Source of the DNA: an uncultured Armatimonadia bacterium
GTDB taxonomy: Bacteria > Armatimonadota > Zipacnadia > CAVVLO01
Direction of reading: 5' to 3'
Assembly (NCBI GenBank): GCA_963749155.1
Contig: CAVVLO010000003.1
Span: 288,001 to 352,000 of the forward strand
DNA length: 64,000 nucleotides
The notes below the pieces were generated by a model. The model had not been told where the DNA came from, ran no database searches, and was given only the letters and a program-made list of their open reading frames with translations. Below, one piece after another: positions 1-9,566 of this stretch (positions are counted from its first letter, which is position 1; every line of letters begins with the position of its first letter). Made by a program: the position numbers and the translations under genes.

Positions 1-2
1 CA

Positions 3-845
3 CTTGGCGCTCGCGTCACCGGATATATCATCATACCGCACGAAGCTGGTGGCGGCCGAGATCAGCAGTGTCACCGTCACGGCCCGCTCGATATGCAGCC
101 CTTCCTCATCCGCCGTGACCGTGCCCTCCTCCGGAATAGCCAGCAAACGCAGCTCGAAGCGCAGTCCGCCGCCCTCGACAGGAGCGGTCAGCTCCCCGCC
201 CTGACTCGTACCAAGCCATTGGCCCGTCAGCACCAACTGGTCGTTGCCCTCGGCCCTCACCTGGTGCGGATGCGGACAAGCCAGCCTGGCGTCAAAGTGC
301 AGGTAGCCAGCCTTCACATCAGTAAGCCGGACCACCAGCACCTGGTCAGGCTGGGAACTGAAGTACTCCCTGCGCTGACAGTTGCCATGGCCCTCGCGCC
401 AGACCACGGTGCTAGCCAATCCGTCAGCCAGGTCAAGCTCTCGTTTGATGCCAACTAGTTTGCCTCTGGCGGGATATGAGAGCAGCAAGTCACCAAGCGG
501 CTGGTAGGACTGCTGAAACTTAGGGTCGCCCATCAGGTGCTCGTCGGTCAGCGCATTGGCGTCGGCGTAGCGCCCCTCGAAGAGGGCCTTCTGCACCTCA
601 GGCACCCATCTCGCGGCCTCGGGGTTGGCATAATCGTGGGGGAAGCCCGACCAGAGGGTGTCTTCGTTGAGCTGGAGGCGTTCTTCTTCCACGCCGCCGA
701 AGACCATTGCGCCCAGCCGGCCGTTGCCGATTGGCAGCGCCTCGTTCCAGTTCTCGGCCGGCCGGTCATACCAAAGACTGAGCGGAGCCGCCTCGACAAC
801 GCAGACAATTATCAGCAACATGGCAAGCAAAAGGGTGGCGTTCAC
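3..845 (-). CDS. GH95 alpha-L-fucosidase-family protein, N-terminal part (runs off window edge)
   Basis: Hand-translated (absent from ORF track). GGAGG RBS, GTG at 845, signal peptide, then LWYDRPAENWNEALPIGNGRLGAMVFGGVEEERLQLNEDTLWSG, the typical GH95 N-terminus. Confidence 0.9.
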   Translation of the reverse strand, partial: MNATLLLAMLLIIVCVVEAAPLSLWYDRPAENWNEALPIGNGRLGAMVFGGVEEERLQLNEDTLWSGFPHDYANPEAARWVPEVQKALFEGRYADANALTDEHLMGDPKFQQSYQPLGDLLLSYPARGKLVGIKRELDLADGLASTVVWREGHGNCQRREYFSSQPDQVLVVRLTDVKAGYLHFDARLACPHPHQVRAEGNDQLVLTGQWLGTSQGGELTAPVEGGGLRFELRLLAIPEEGTVTADEEGLHIERAVTVTLLISAATSFVRYDDISGDASAK

Positions 846-916
846 TCTGACCTCCGAAACTCCAACTGGAAAGTCTCAGAAGGTTGGCCATCCAGAGGGC
901 ATCCCCTGCCAAAACA

Positions 917-947
917 AAGGGAGAGGCCCTTGAAGGCGCCTCTCCCC
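917..947 (-). terminator. Hairpin between the Rrf2 gene and the GH95 gene
   Basis: GGGAGAGGC...GCCTCTCCC stem; A-runs on the + strand give a short U-tract on the - strand. Confidence 0.5.
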
Positions 948-969
948 AAAATTATCAGCTTGCACTAGC

Positions 970-1368
970 CTATTTGGATGCGAGTTCGGCAATAGTGACC
1001 TTGGAAAGCTCTGTGCGCACCGCATCTGTAACGGCGATCCATAAGCTAGAGGTCGGACAAGATTCGATCCTGCTGCAATGGGCTTCGCCTTTGACACAAG
1101 GCACAAGCGAGAGGCCCTCTTCCAGCACCAACACCGCATCTGCTGCGGTCATCTCGGAGGCTGGCTTCGCAAGCCGGTAACCTCCAGCTGCTCCGTGCAC
1201 TGCTTCGATAAGCCTGGCTCGCCTGAGCGATGAAAGAATTGCGTCGAGATACTTCTTCGAAATACCCTCTTCTGCAGCGAGGGTCTCTGCCGGTACGACC
1301 TGCCCTTCATGCCTGGCCAGTGCAGCAAGGGCCCTGAGTCCATAACGTGATCTCGTAGAAAGCTTCAT
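970..1368 (-). CDS. Rrf2-family transcriptional regulator (IscR/CymR-like)
   Basis: MKLSTRSRYGLRAL, ISKKYLDAIL, GAAGGYRLAKP and three C-terminal Cys (C-x6-C-x5-C). Confidence 0.92.
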   Translation of the reverse strand: MKLSTRSRYGLRALAALARHEGQVVPAETLAAEEGISKKYLDAILSSLRRARLIEAVHGAAGGYRLAKPASEMTAADAVLVLEEGLSLVPCVKGEAHCSRIESCPTSSLWIAVTDAVRTELSKVTIAELASK

Positions 1369-1402
1369 TCTTCCACGGTAGTTACCTCATGGTAGACACG
1401 TA

Positions 1403-1427
1403 AATATCCTTCAGTCAAGTAGATATT
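1403..1427 (-). promoter_or_regulatory. Probable Rrf2 autoregulatory operator
   Basis: Inverted repeat AATATC-N13-GATATT containing TTGACT on the - strand, 35 bp upstream of the Rrf2 start. Confidence 0.55.
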
Positions 1428-1535
1428 CGCATTTTTCAGGTATTTCCGCAAGAAAGATTTTCTTGACGCCTTCTGAAGTCAGTGATAGTCTGATAATGTT
1501 TCCTTCGCGACTTTACTGCTCTAATACGGGGGGAT

Positions 1536-3056
1536 TTGCCTTGTCTCCAAATCGAATCAGAAGCCGAGGATGCCCAGGATCGCTTCCTTCTCACGCTGGC
1601 CTTTCGTCTTGCCGGCACGATGTATTACGAAGCCCAGTGCAAGGCAGGCGAGCAGGTGTTCTTCAACCGCGAACCTGCCAACAAGTATGATGAACGCGCT
1701 ATTGGTATCCAGAACGAAGATTTCCAAAAAGCTGGCTATGTACCACGCGAGGAAGCTTACTGGCTGGCGCCCCTGCTCGATGCAGGCCAGATAAGGCTCA
1801 CAGGGCGTATCGCTTTGCCCGAGACCCCACCCAATCCTGATTCAGAACTCGAGATCAGCCTCTATCTCACCCCAAAGGGCGAAGTCCTGCTTGACCCCTT
1901 CCCCACCCCCGCGACAGAAGAAGAAGCCTTGCACAACCTGCTGCTTGAGGCCTGGAAGCAGAGCGAGGAGGCTGGTCTGCCCAAAGTCGCAAAACGGCTT
2001 GCAAGCCGGCTTAAGTCTCTCCTCAATCGCGATAGCCTGCCCCAGTCGCAGCTTGCTCTCCAACTGATTGCGCAGTCGGGCCTGGCAGCAGCGCGCAAGC
2101 GGGCCGAAGCTAGCGCCCTCATCACCACCGAGTGGCTGCGCGAACTGGAAACAGGCCAGCCTGTCAGCGCGCACGGGCTTTCGCTCTTCCCGTTATTTGC
2201 AAAACATCAGGTAGGCCAGGACTATCTGCTGCTCGAGCAGGCACTCGAACTCGGCGCGCTAGAGCTAGGTGAGGTCTCCGAATCCGGTTCGGTGCCTGAG
2301 CTTATGGTTGTGAACAAGGGCGACCTGGCCGTGCTGCTGCCCGAGGGGCAAGTGGTGATGGGCGGCAAGCAAAACCGCGTCATCAATCTTTCAGTTATCG
2401 TAGAAGCCCACACCGAATACAGGCTGCCTGTAAGCTGCGTTGAACAGGGGCGCTGGTCCTCGGCGAAGGAAGCCTTCCGGGCAGCCAGCTTCGCGCCAAC
2501 CGAGTTGAGAGCGCGCAAGACGGCTTCTGCCAATCAGAATCTTCGCGAACGCGGTGTTGCGGAAAGCGACCAGGGGCAAGTCTGGGCTGATGTCCACGCC
2601 TGCCTTGCCGCCTCTGATATCGCCTCTCCAACAGGCGACCTGTCCGCCAGTTTTGGGCGTCGCACAAGCTCGATTAGCGAGCTGTACGAGCAGCTTCCTC
2701 TTGCCGAAGGGGCCGTTGGGTTTTTCTTTGCGCAGGGCGATAATCTGCTTGGAGGCGAAGTGTTCGACAATCCCAAGACCTTGAGGACACTCTGGCCCCG
2801 CCTTTGTGAAACCTATTTCGTCCGCGCTTTGCTTGCCTCCGAGATCGAAGGTGAAACCAGCTCCGAGACCGTCAGCGCCTTTCTGGCCTTGCTCTCGGAT
2901 GGAGTAACCGCGCCCCGGCCAGGCGAAGATACCTTCGACCGGCCAGAGCTTGCACTTGCTGGTTTCATTGGCTCCGCGCTTGTCTGGCGTGGCGCTGTCA
3001 GGCAGCTCACAGTGCTTGAACTTACCGAGACTTTCGGCTTTCCTTTCGAACGCTGA
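1536..3056 (+). CDS. HIRAN domain fused to ARPP-1 (DUF6569-like) domain
   Basis: N-terminal AGTMYY..REPANKYDERAI..GYVPREEAYWLAPLLDAG (HIRAN). C-terminal EVSESGSVPELMVVN..EGQVVMGGKQNRVIN..PVSCVEQGRW..QGQVW (ARPP-1-like). Confidence 0.8.
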   Translation: MPCLQIESEAEDAQDRFLLTLAFRLAGTMYYEAQCKAGEQVFFNREPANKYDERAIGIQNEDFQKAGYVPREEAYWLAPLLDAGQIRLTGRIALPETPPNPDSELEISLYLTPKGEVLLDPFPTPATEEEALHNLLLEAWKQSEEAGLPKVAKRLASRLKSLLNRDSLPQSQLALQLIAQSGLAAARKRAEASALITTEWLRELETGQPVSAHGLSLFPLFAKHQVGQDYLLLEQALELGALELGEVSESGSVPELMVVNKGDLAVLLPEGQVVMGGKQNRVINLSVIVEAHTEYRLPVSCVEQGRWSSAKEAFRAASFAPTELRARKTASANQNLRERGVAESDQGQVWADVHACLAASDIASPTGDLSASFGRRTSSISELYEQLPLAEGAVGFFFAQGDNLLGGEVFDNPKTLRTLWPRLCETYFVRALLASEIEGETSSETVSAFLALLSDGVTAPRPGEDTFDRPELALAGFIGSALVWRGAVRQLTVLELTETFGFPFER

Positions 3057-3147
3057 GCTGCCGCTTTTCATTAATAACTACGAGGACGTGGCAAATTGTG
3101 GTGATTTCGTGATATGCTACCCTCAGGTACGCTGAGGAGGCTCCTGC

Positions 3148-4635
3148 GTGCAATCGAGTGTAGCTGACACAACCAGAGCAGAGCCAGGTGCACTTCCTTT
3201 GCGCTGGTTCGCTTTTATTGCCTGGCTTCTCTGCGTGAGCGTTTTAGCCTGGCGCCATGAGCCTTGGGCCGATGAAGCCCAGGCCTGGCTGATTGCCAAA
3301 GATAGTTCGGTCCTGAATCTCTTCCTCAACCAGCTACGCTACGAAAGCACCCCTGGCCTGTGGCATCTGCTGCTTATGCCTTTCGCCAAGCTGGGAGCGC
3401 CTTATTGGACGATGGCAGCGCTGTCAATCGCCTCGGTTGCCTTTGGGGTATGGCTACTGCTCTTCAAGACCAGGCTTCCCCTCCCCCTGGCAATGATATT
3501 GCCCTTCACTTTCTGGTTCTTCTATTACTATCCAGTTGTGGCGCGCAATTACTGTTTGCTGCTTCCACTTGGCTTGCTCATCGCTCTGGCGTATCCCAGT
3601 CGTTTCACCCATCCCTGGCGCTGGTTCCTCGTCCTGGCGCTCTTCGCCAATGTCTCCTTCCATGCGCTGCTTATTGCCACCGGGATTGTGCTGGGAGAGC
3701 TCCTGGTTACGCTTCCCTCTGAAGCACCAGGGGTAGCCAGTTATAAGCGCGCGCGCCTGACACTCGCGTTCTGTTGGCTGGTGCTGCTGATTGGGGTTGG
3801 GTATGCGCTGAAGCCTGCGTCCGATTACGTAATGCTTGCGCAGGCTGGAATCCGACCGCTCAAGGCGCTTGATGCTCTGCTTGGAGCCTTTGCTTACGAC
3901 AGTCTCGATGGTCCCTGGGCGCCCATCTCTATTTTTACCGGTTTTCTGTCGCTCTTTACTCTGGCGGGCTTGTTACGATTTTTCGCCAAAAGAGGGGTGC
4001 TCAGGTTTGCCCTCTTCAGCACGCTGCCGGTGTTGCTCTATTTTTGCATCTATCCCTTGAAATTCTGGCATAGTGGCATCCTTGTCTGTTGGCTTGTTGC
4101 GCTGGCGGTAAGGGCAGCCCACAACGCTCCTGCCTGTGCCAGGCCAAAAATGAGCTTCGTCACCAGGGGCCTTGTGGCGCTGTGTCTGACTTTCCAATTA
4201 GGGTGGGCGCTTGCATCCAGCGCTTACGACCTGAACAATTCCTACTGGCCCTCCAAGGACGGTCTCCAACATATTGAGGCCCATCTGCAGGCAGGCGAGA
4301 CCCTGGATTCGGTGGGCTGGTCGGTTATCTCGGTGCTGCCTTTCCTCGAAGAGAACCCCTTCCTCGCAATGAAGGAAAGCCAGTCTTATGATTACTGGCG
4401 CTGGTCCAGAGCTAATCCGCTGCTGAACTACACTCTGGAGCAGGCTGCCCAGCGCGGCGCCGATTGTATTATGTTTCAACTGGAATACGATCGCCTGCAT
4501 CCAGCCAATAATGTCCTGCCCAAAGCTCCGGCGGGCTATCAACTGACTGAGGTGGTCTCAGGCTTTATGATGTTCAAGCATAAACTCATTGGCGGCGCCT
4601 GGTACGCTTTCTACTGCAAAGTAGACCCTCGCTAG
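3148..4635 (+). CDS. Polytopic membrane protein, probable GT-C-fold glycosyltransferase
   Basis: About 11 hydrophobic segments; first loop HEPWADEAQAWLIA with a DE pair; YESTPGLWH and ARNY motifs. Confidence 0.65.
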   Translation: MQSSVADTTRAEPGALPLRWFAFIAWLLCVSVLAWRHEPWADEAQAWLIAKDSSVLNLFLNQLRYESTPGLWHLLLMPFAKLGAPYWTMAALSIASVAFGVWLLLFKTRLPLPLAMILPFTFWFFYYYPVVARNYCLLLPLGLLIALAYPSRFTHPWRWFLVLALFANVSFHALLIATGIVLGELLVTLPSEAPGVASYKRARLTLAFCWLVLLIGVGYALKPASDYVMLAQAGIRPLKALDALLGAFAYDSLDGPWAPISIFTGFLSLFTLAGLLRFFAKRGVLRFALFSTLPVLLYFCIYPLKFWHSGILVCWLVALAVRAAHNAPACARPKMSFVTRGLVALCLTFQLGWALASSAYDLNNSYWPSKDGLQHIEAHLQAGETLDSVGWSVISVLPFLEENPFLAMKESQSYDYWRWSRANPLLNYTLEQAAQRGADCIMFQLEYDRLHPANNVLPKAPAGYQLTEVVSGFMMFKHKLIGGAWYAFYCKVDPR

Positions 4636-5705
4636 AGCGGTTTGCTCGTAATCAGCCCTATCCCGCGGCCCTTGTCGCCGACTGCGTTGTAGAAGAGATA
4701 GAAAGTCTCGTTCTTCGGATTCCACACGATTGAAGTTTTGTGCGCGTATTGGCGGTCGAGGCCGCTCGGGTTGCCGCCCGCCAGGTACAGTGGCTCGGGG
4801 TCTTTGGTCCAGTGGTAGAGGTCGCGGCTGAAGGCCACCATAATATGCGCCCCGCCCTTCCCCACGCCGAAGTAGAACATAACATAGTGGTCGCCATCTC
4901 GGTAGACCTTCGGGTCGGAGCAGAACGCCTCGTCGTAGCCACCCGGCGTGTTGCGCACGATGGGGTTGGCCGTGTACCGCCGCCAGCTCAAGAGGTCGTG
5001 ACTGGTCGCAAGGCCCGTCTGCTCGATACCGCCGTTGGCCGCGTTGTAGAAGTTGAAGTAGCGCCCGTTCGCCTCAACGAGCCAGGGCTGATAGATGCAG
5101 CTCTGCTCCCACTCGCCGCAGGTGACATCATAGACCGAGAGGATAGGCTCCTCCTGCGCGCGCCGCCAGGTGAGGCCATCCTCGCTTAGGGCGACGCCCT
5201 CATAGCCAGGCCGCAGCTCGTAGCCGCCCTGCAAGGGATAGGCGCCGTAGAGAGTCCAAAAGTGACCGTCCAGCCGCTTCAGCACGCGCGGCGCGGCTAG
5301 GTCGTAGCTCTCGTAGAGATAGGCTCCGAGCACGCGTCCGCCGTGGTCGAAGCTCCCCTCAGGCCCGAATCCGAAGGCCAGGCGATAGTTGCTCCAGTGG
5401 ACGAGATCGTCCGACTCCGCGACGAAGGACTGATACCCGCGCCCATCGAAGCCGATGAAACTCATATACCACTTCTCATCGCCCGGAAGCTGGAAGACGG
5501 TCGGGCAGTCGGTCATATGCAACTCAGGGAAGCCGGGGATGTTCGGCTCCGAGCTGATGACATGGTCAGGCCAGTAGTGCCACCCTCGCAGCTCTGCCGA
5601 CCACCCTTTCACAGTCGCCTCGTCGATTGAGCCCTCATCGCCCGAGCACGCAGCGGTTAGAAGGACGACGGTAACAAGACACAGCAAGACGAAAATCATC
5701 TTCAT
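4632..5705 (-). CDS. Lipoprotein, five-bladed beta-propeller glycosidase (GH137-like)
   Basis: Lipobox LTAAC. DCPTVF, DGRGY, AESD, FYNA, WRRYTANP, YVMFYF, AHKT and RGIGLITSKP recall the GH137 beta-L-arabinofuranosidase domain. Start moved to MKMIF at 5705. Confidence 0.7.
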   Translation of the reverse strand: MKMIFVLLCLVTVVLLTAACSGDEGSIDEATVKGWSAELRGWHYWPDHVISSEPNIPGFPELHMTDCPTVFQLPGDEKWYMSFIGFDGRGYQSFVAESDDLVHWSNYRLAFGFGPEGSFDHGGRVLGAYLYESYDLAAPRVLKRLDGHFWTLYGAYPLQGGYELRPGYEGVALSEDGLTWRRAQEEPILSVYDVTCGEWEQSCIYQPWLVEANGRYFNFYNAANGGIEQTGLATSHDLLSWRRYTANPIVRNTPGGYDEAFCSDPKVYRDGDHYVMFYFGVGKGGAHIMVAFSRDLYHWTKDPEPLYLAGGNPSGLDRQYAHKTSIVWNPKNETFYLFYNAVGDKGRGIGLITSKPL

Positions 5706-5770
5706 CCTGGCTCCAAACGGATACTTATTGATGCGAACTGACACTTGAACGCTCTCCGCGAACGATGACC

Positions 5771-5997
5771 CCAACGTACAGGGGTAGAACCCCTGTACGA
5801 TCGTTCTAGAGTTCGATGGCGCAAAGGCCCTCTGGAATACGATGGCACCAACGTACAGGGGTAGAACCCCTGTACGATCGTTCTAGAGGTTCGATGGCGT
5901 AAAGGCCCTCTGGAATACGATGGCACCAACGTACAGGGGTAGAACCCCTGTACGATCGTTCTAGAGTTCGATGGTGCAAGGGTTCTACCCTTGCACC
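5771..5997. repeat. Three tandem 77-78 bp palindromic units plus an inverted variant hairpin
   Basis: Units start at 5771, 5848 and 5926, each with CGTACAGGGG-TAGAA-CCCCTGTACG. Array closes with GGTGCAAGGG-TTCTA-CCCTTGCACC. Confidence 0.9.
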
Positions 5998-6076
5998 CTT
6001 GGCCAGAAAGGGTTCACCCTTCTCACGCCCCCTCCTCCAAGCAGGAAAGGCACGCCCCAGCAAGAAGGCCCCACCT

Positions 6077-6643
6077 ATGCCCGAACTGGAAGACAAGCCG
6101 CCCGTCAGATGGACGCCCGCCCGCTATAACGCTTGGGCGCTCGATGTGCTGATTCTCGCAGCGGGGCTGCTTGGACTCATCGCGCTGTTCTATCCGAAGT
6201 CGCTCTTCTGGAATACCGAGGGCTGGAAGCAGAGTGGACTGCCGCTCTCAACAATACTGGCTCTCGGCCTTGTGCTCTATCTGCTGGTCTTAGGCACAAT
6301 CGCCACACGGGAGGGAGACTTCCCCAAGTGGCGAGTCCTTGGCGCAGTAACAGTGCTTCTATGTGCCGTCACGGCTGCGGCGACACCGCTCGCCGTCCTG
6401 GGGCTCGTGATGAACCTGCAACCAGACCAATGGGCCGCCTGGCGCAGCTGGTATGGCGATGCCGGGGGCGTGATGTGGGCACGCGTGCTGGCCCTTCCAG
6501 GCCTGCTCTTCGTGTTGGGCCCAGCCCTTACTCTTCATCTGCCTTTGCCGCTCACGCTCTATCTTCTCCTGTTGCTGGCGGCCTTCTGGCTCCTCCCTGC
6601 CCTGACGGAGAGCTACGACAGAGACGACAAAAGCCAGCGTTGA
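6077..6643 (+). CDS. Hypothetical membrane protein
   Basis: About five hydrophobic segments; 14 bp upstream of the next gene; start placed at MPELEDK. Confidence 0.65.
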   Translation: MPELEDKPPVRWTPARYNAWALDVLILAAGLLGLIALFYPKSLFWNTEGWKQSGLPLSTILALGLVLYLLVLGTIATREGDFPKWRVLGAVTVLLCAVTAAATPLAVLGLVMNLQPDQWAAWRSWYGDAGGVMWARVLALPGLLFVLGPALTLHLPLPLTLYLLLLLAAFWLLPALTESYDRDDKSQR

Positions 6644-6657
6644 TTCCTTACTTATAG

Positions 6658-7947
6658 GTGATCCAAATGACTCCGCTCCGCGTATCGCATAGCAAACGGT
6701 ATCTCGTCCGGGCCTCTGGGGAGCCTTTCCTCTGGCTTGGAGATACCGCCTGGGAGCTTTTCCACCGCTTGAGCCGCGAGGAGGCCGACTTCTACCTCAC
6801 CACGCGCGCCAGGCAACGCTTCACCCTTATCCAGGCGGTGGCTCTGGCGGAGTTCGACGGCCTGCACCTCCCCAACGCCTATGGTGAAGTGCCCCTGGAA
6901 GACGACGACCCCGCGCGCCCGCGCGAGGCCTACTTCCAGCATGTGGACTGGATTGTCCGCCGGGCCAACGAACTCGGCCTGGTAATGGGCTTCCTGCCCA
7001 CCTGGGGCGACAAAGTCGGTCCGAAAGTCTGGGGCGTCGGCCCGGAGGTCTTCAATCCCGAGAACGCGCTTGCTTACGGGCGTTTCCTCGGCGCGCGATA
7101 CAAAGACGCAGATCTCGTGTGGATACTCGGCGGTGACCGCGGCGCTGAGACTCCCGAGCAGCTTGCCATCTGGCGCGCGCTGGCTCAGGGCCTGGCCGAG
7201 GGTGATGGCGGAATCCATCTTATGACCTACCACCCCTGGGGAGGGCGTTCTTCCTCCGAGTATGTCGGCGGCGAGGCCTGGCTTGATATCAATATGCTGC
7301 AGTCCGGCCACGGCGCGCGCGACATCGCCAACTGGGAGATGGTTCAGCGAGATTACAATCTGACCCCGGCCAAACCAACCCTCGACGGCGAGCCGCGTTA
7401 TGAAGATCACGCGGTCAACTGGGACGCGAACAACGGCTACTTCGATGAGGTGGACGTGCGGCAGGGGCTGTACTGGGGGCTGCTCGCGGGCGGTTGCGGC
7501 ATCACCTACGGGTGCCATCCCATCTGGCAGTTTTGGCAGCCGCCGATGGAGCCTGTCACCCAGGCGCGCACGCCCTGGCGGCAGGCGCTGGAACTGCCGG
7601 GAGCGAATCAGATTCGCCATCTGAGGGCTCTCTACGAGTCGCGAGGCTTCTTCAAGCTGGTGCCGGATAACTCCGTCATCGCCGAGGGGCAGGGAGAGGG
7701 CGCCGACCACGTGCAGGCCGCGCGCGACCTCGATGGGCGCTTCCTCTACGCCTATGTCCCGACCGGGAAAGCCCTCTCGGTGCGCACCGAGGTGCTCTCA
7801 GGCACGCGAATCAAGGCGGAATGGTTCGATCCGAGGACCGGCGAGAGAGCCGATATCGGCTCCTGGCCCGCAAGCGACACGCGCGCCTTCGAACCGCCAA
7901 CCTCCGGCCGCGGCTCGGACTGGGTGCTGGTTGTGGAAGGGGCATGA
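6658..7947 (+). CDS. GH140/DUF4038 apiosidase-like glycoside hydrolase with C-terminal collagen-binding-like domain
   Basis: PFLWLGDTAWELFHRL, WILGGD, MTYHP, MLQSGH, DGEPRYEDH, GITYGCHPIWQF, WFDPRTG, DWVLVV. Confidence 0.88.
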   Translation: MIQMTPLRVSHSKRYLVRASGEPFLWLGDTAWELFHRLSREEADFYLTTRARQRFTLIQAVALAEFDGLHLPNAYGEVPLEDDDPARPREAYFQHVDWIVRRANELGLVMGFLPTWGDKVGPKVWGVGPEVFNPENALAYGRFLGARYKDADLVWILGGDRGAETPEQLAIWRALAQGLAEGDGGIHLMTYHPWGGRSSSEYVGGEAWLDINMLQSGHGARDIANWEMVQRDYNLTPAKPTLDGEPRYEDHAVNWDANNGYFDEVDVRQGLYWGLLAGGCGITYGCHPIWQFWQPPMEPVTQARTPWRQALELPGANQIRHLRALYESRGFFKLVPDNSVIAEGQGEGADHVQAARDLDGRFLYAYVPTGKALSVRTEVLSGTRIKAEWFDPRTGERADIGSWPASDTRAFEPPTSGRGSDWVLVVEGA

Positions 7948-7969
7948 GCCAGCGTGGGAGGAACCAGCG

Positions 7970-8723
7970 ATGGAACAAGCAACCGACTCGAAACCGAATC
8001 CGGCCTTCGAACTGCTAGCCGTTGGCTTAGATGCCCTGGTTCTCTTCGGCACGGTGGCGGTGCTCTACACCCAGGGAGGGCCAGCCCTCCTCCGCACGGT
8101 CGTGCTGATTCTCCTCCTGGCCCCGGCGGTGGGGCAACTGGTGGCCTTCCTCACAACTGGTGGCAAGCGGTTCGACTTGCTACGGATGGGCGTTGGCACC
8201 GCACTTGCCGCGATCGGTCTCTATCTGTGGGAGCCAGAAGGTTGGACCTGGGCTCTGCCCTTGGTCGGGGCCTGCGCGGTCTGGATCGTATCCATCAAGA
8301 GCGCGGCTTCCCAACTTGCCGTGAGGCGCCACGGCCGCAGTGCACCGACAGAAGAGCAGCCGCCCCAACTCTCCTACACTCACCGCACGATTCTTTGGCC
8401 TGACGTCGCCCTGCTCTGTCTGTGGCTCCTACCCCTGGCAGGCACGGTCGTCTGGCTGCTTTGGCCTGCCGGGCGGGAGTATGTTGAGGCTACCAAGGAG
8501 TTCAACTGGCTCTTTTCTGACGGCTCTCGCTTGGGATGTGGTCTTCGTCGCCTTCTGGGGCTGGTCGCTGCTCGATTGCTGGCGGCGGAAGAACCTCTGC
8601 GACAATGCGAGGCTGGTGTGGCTGCTCTTCATCTTCGCGGGCTGGACGATCGGACTGACCTGCTATTATCTCTTCGTGAAACGTCCCGAGCTGGTCGGCC
8701 CAAAGAGTGCCGTCTCTTCGTAG
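7970..8723 (+). CDS. Membrane protein with C-terminal PLDc_N-like two-TM domain (frame break near 8510)
   Basis: Hydrophobic ORF from MEQATDS joins the 8340-8723 frame: WSLLDCWRRKNLCDNARLVWLLFIFAGWTIGLTCYYLF. Confidence 0.6.
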
Positions 8724-8838
8724 GGGCGGGGCTAAGACTCGCCCAGCCAAGCGGCTCCTGTGTTTCGGGAGTCTACGCTCCCGAAACCTTAAACCCGCGG
8801 GGGTACTACCTCCGCCCCCCCCCACTAGTGGCTTCGCC
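8720..8838 (+). repeat. Composite palindromic element copy
   Basis: GTAGGGGCGGGGCTAAGACTCGCCC, then GTTTCGGGAGTCTACGCTCCCGAAAC, then GGGGGTACTACCTCC-Cn-ACTAGTGGCTTCGCC. Confidence 0.8.
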
Positions 8839-9455
8839 CAGCCTGGCTGCGCGAGGTAGGAGACGATCTTCGACTGTATATACCCCTCCCAGCATCAAGG
8901 ACTATCATCCTCAGCCAGCTCTTCTTCAACTGGACTAGCTCGTTGCACAAGTTTGGATTTATCGGCGCGCGGAGCTACAGGTTGTGGCGTCGGCATATCC
9001 AAAGCCCAACTCCCCGTCTTCGTCTTCCCACACAAGGAGCACTTGGCTTTTCCGCGTTGCGACAGCCCTCTGTCGTAGAGGAATCTGGACACCGTATTAG
9101 CTTGTGGGCGCTGTGTTAGCTTTGCTGTTTCAGTTAGACAGTCATCACAAAGGGGTGCCTGCAACTCTCCGAGGAGTTTCAGCACTCTGTCTGCGGTAGT
9201 TCCCGCGCGAATTTTGGCTTTTACGATTGTCGCAGGCAGATCCTTTATGGAATTCACCAGTAACAACTTCCGGCAGATGCGGCAAATCCCAAGGCCGCGT
9301 TGTATTTGCCCGTCGTCGGATAGCGCACAGCATGCCATACTCGTATGAGAAGGGTACTTCAAGCCTGAAAGGGCAATCAGGCATCTATCGCAGATGGGCT
9401 TCCCTTCGCTACGAAGTGACGCCAGTATTCGCTCTTTCGCTGATTTTTGTGGCAT
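8839..9455 (-). pseudogene. Tandem CxxC/wHTH-like domain protein with a truncated nuclease-like C-terminus
   Basis: AGGAGG RBS, ATG at 9455, two internal repeats (ILxxL..PICDRC..CRIC; VLxxL..PLCDDC..CSLCGKTK). After TGA at 8895 the frame continues CWEGYIQSKIVSYLAQPGW and runs into the repeat element. Confidence 0.6.
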
Positions 9456-9532
9456 CACTTCCTCCTTTCGAGAACTCACATCCTGCAAGTCCTGGTTCAG
9501 AACCTGCTCAGCCTTCCCTGATCGCAGGCAAC

Positions 9533-9566
9533 CCCGCGGGGGTACTACCCCCGCCCCCCGACTAGT
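9533..9566 (+). repeat. Element terminal hairpin, direct repeat of 8794-8829
   Basis: CCCGCGGGGGTACTACCCCCGCCCCCCGACTAGT; its CTAG is the stop codon of the gene ending at 9562. Confidence 0.8.

Noticed and set aside
5771..5997. CRISPR array
   Set aside because: Intervening sequences are nearly identical rather than unique spacers, and no cas genes are present.
8895..8897. Selenocysteine or alternative-code readthrough of TGA
   Set aside because: The position appears to correspond to Trp, the downstream domain is truncated anyway, and TGA is used as a normal stop elsewhere (e.g. 3056, 7947).
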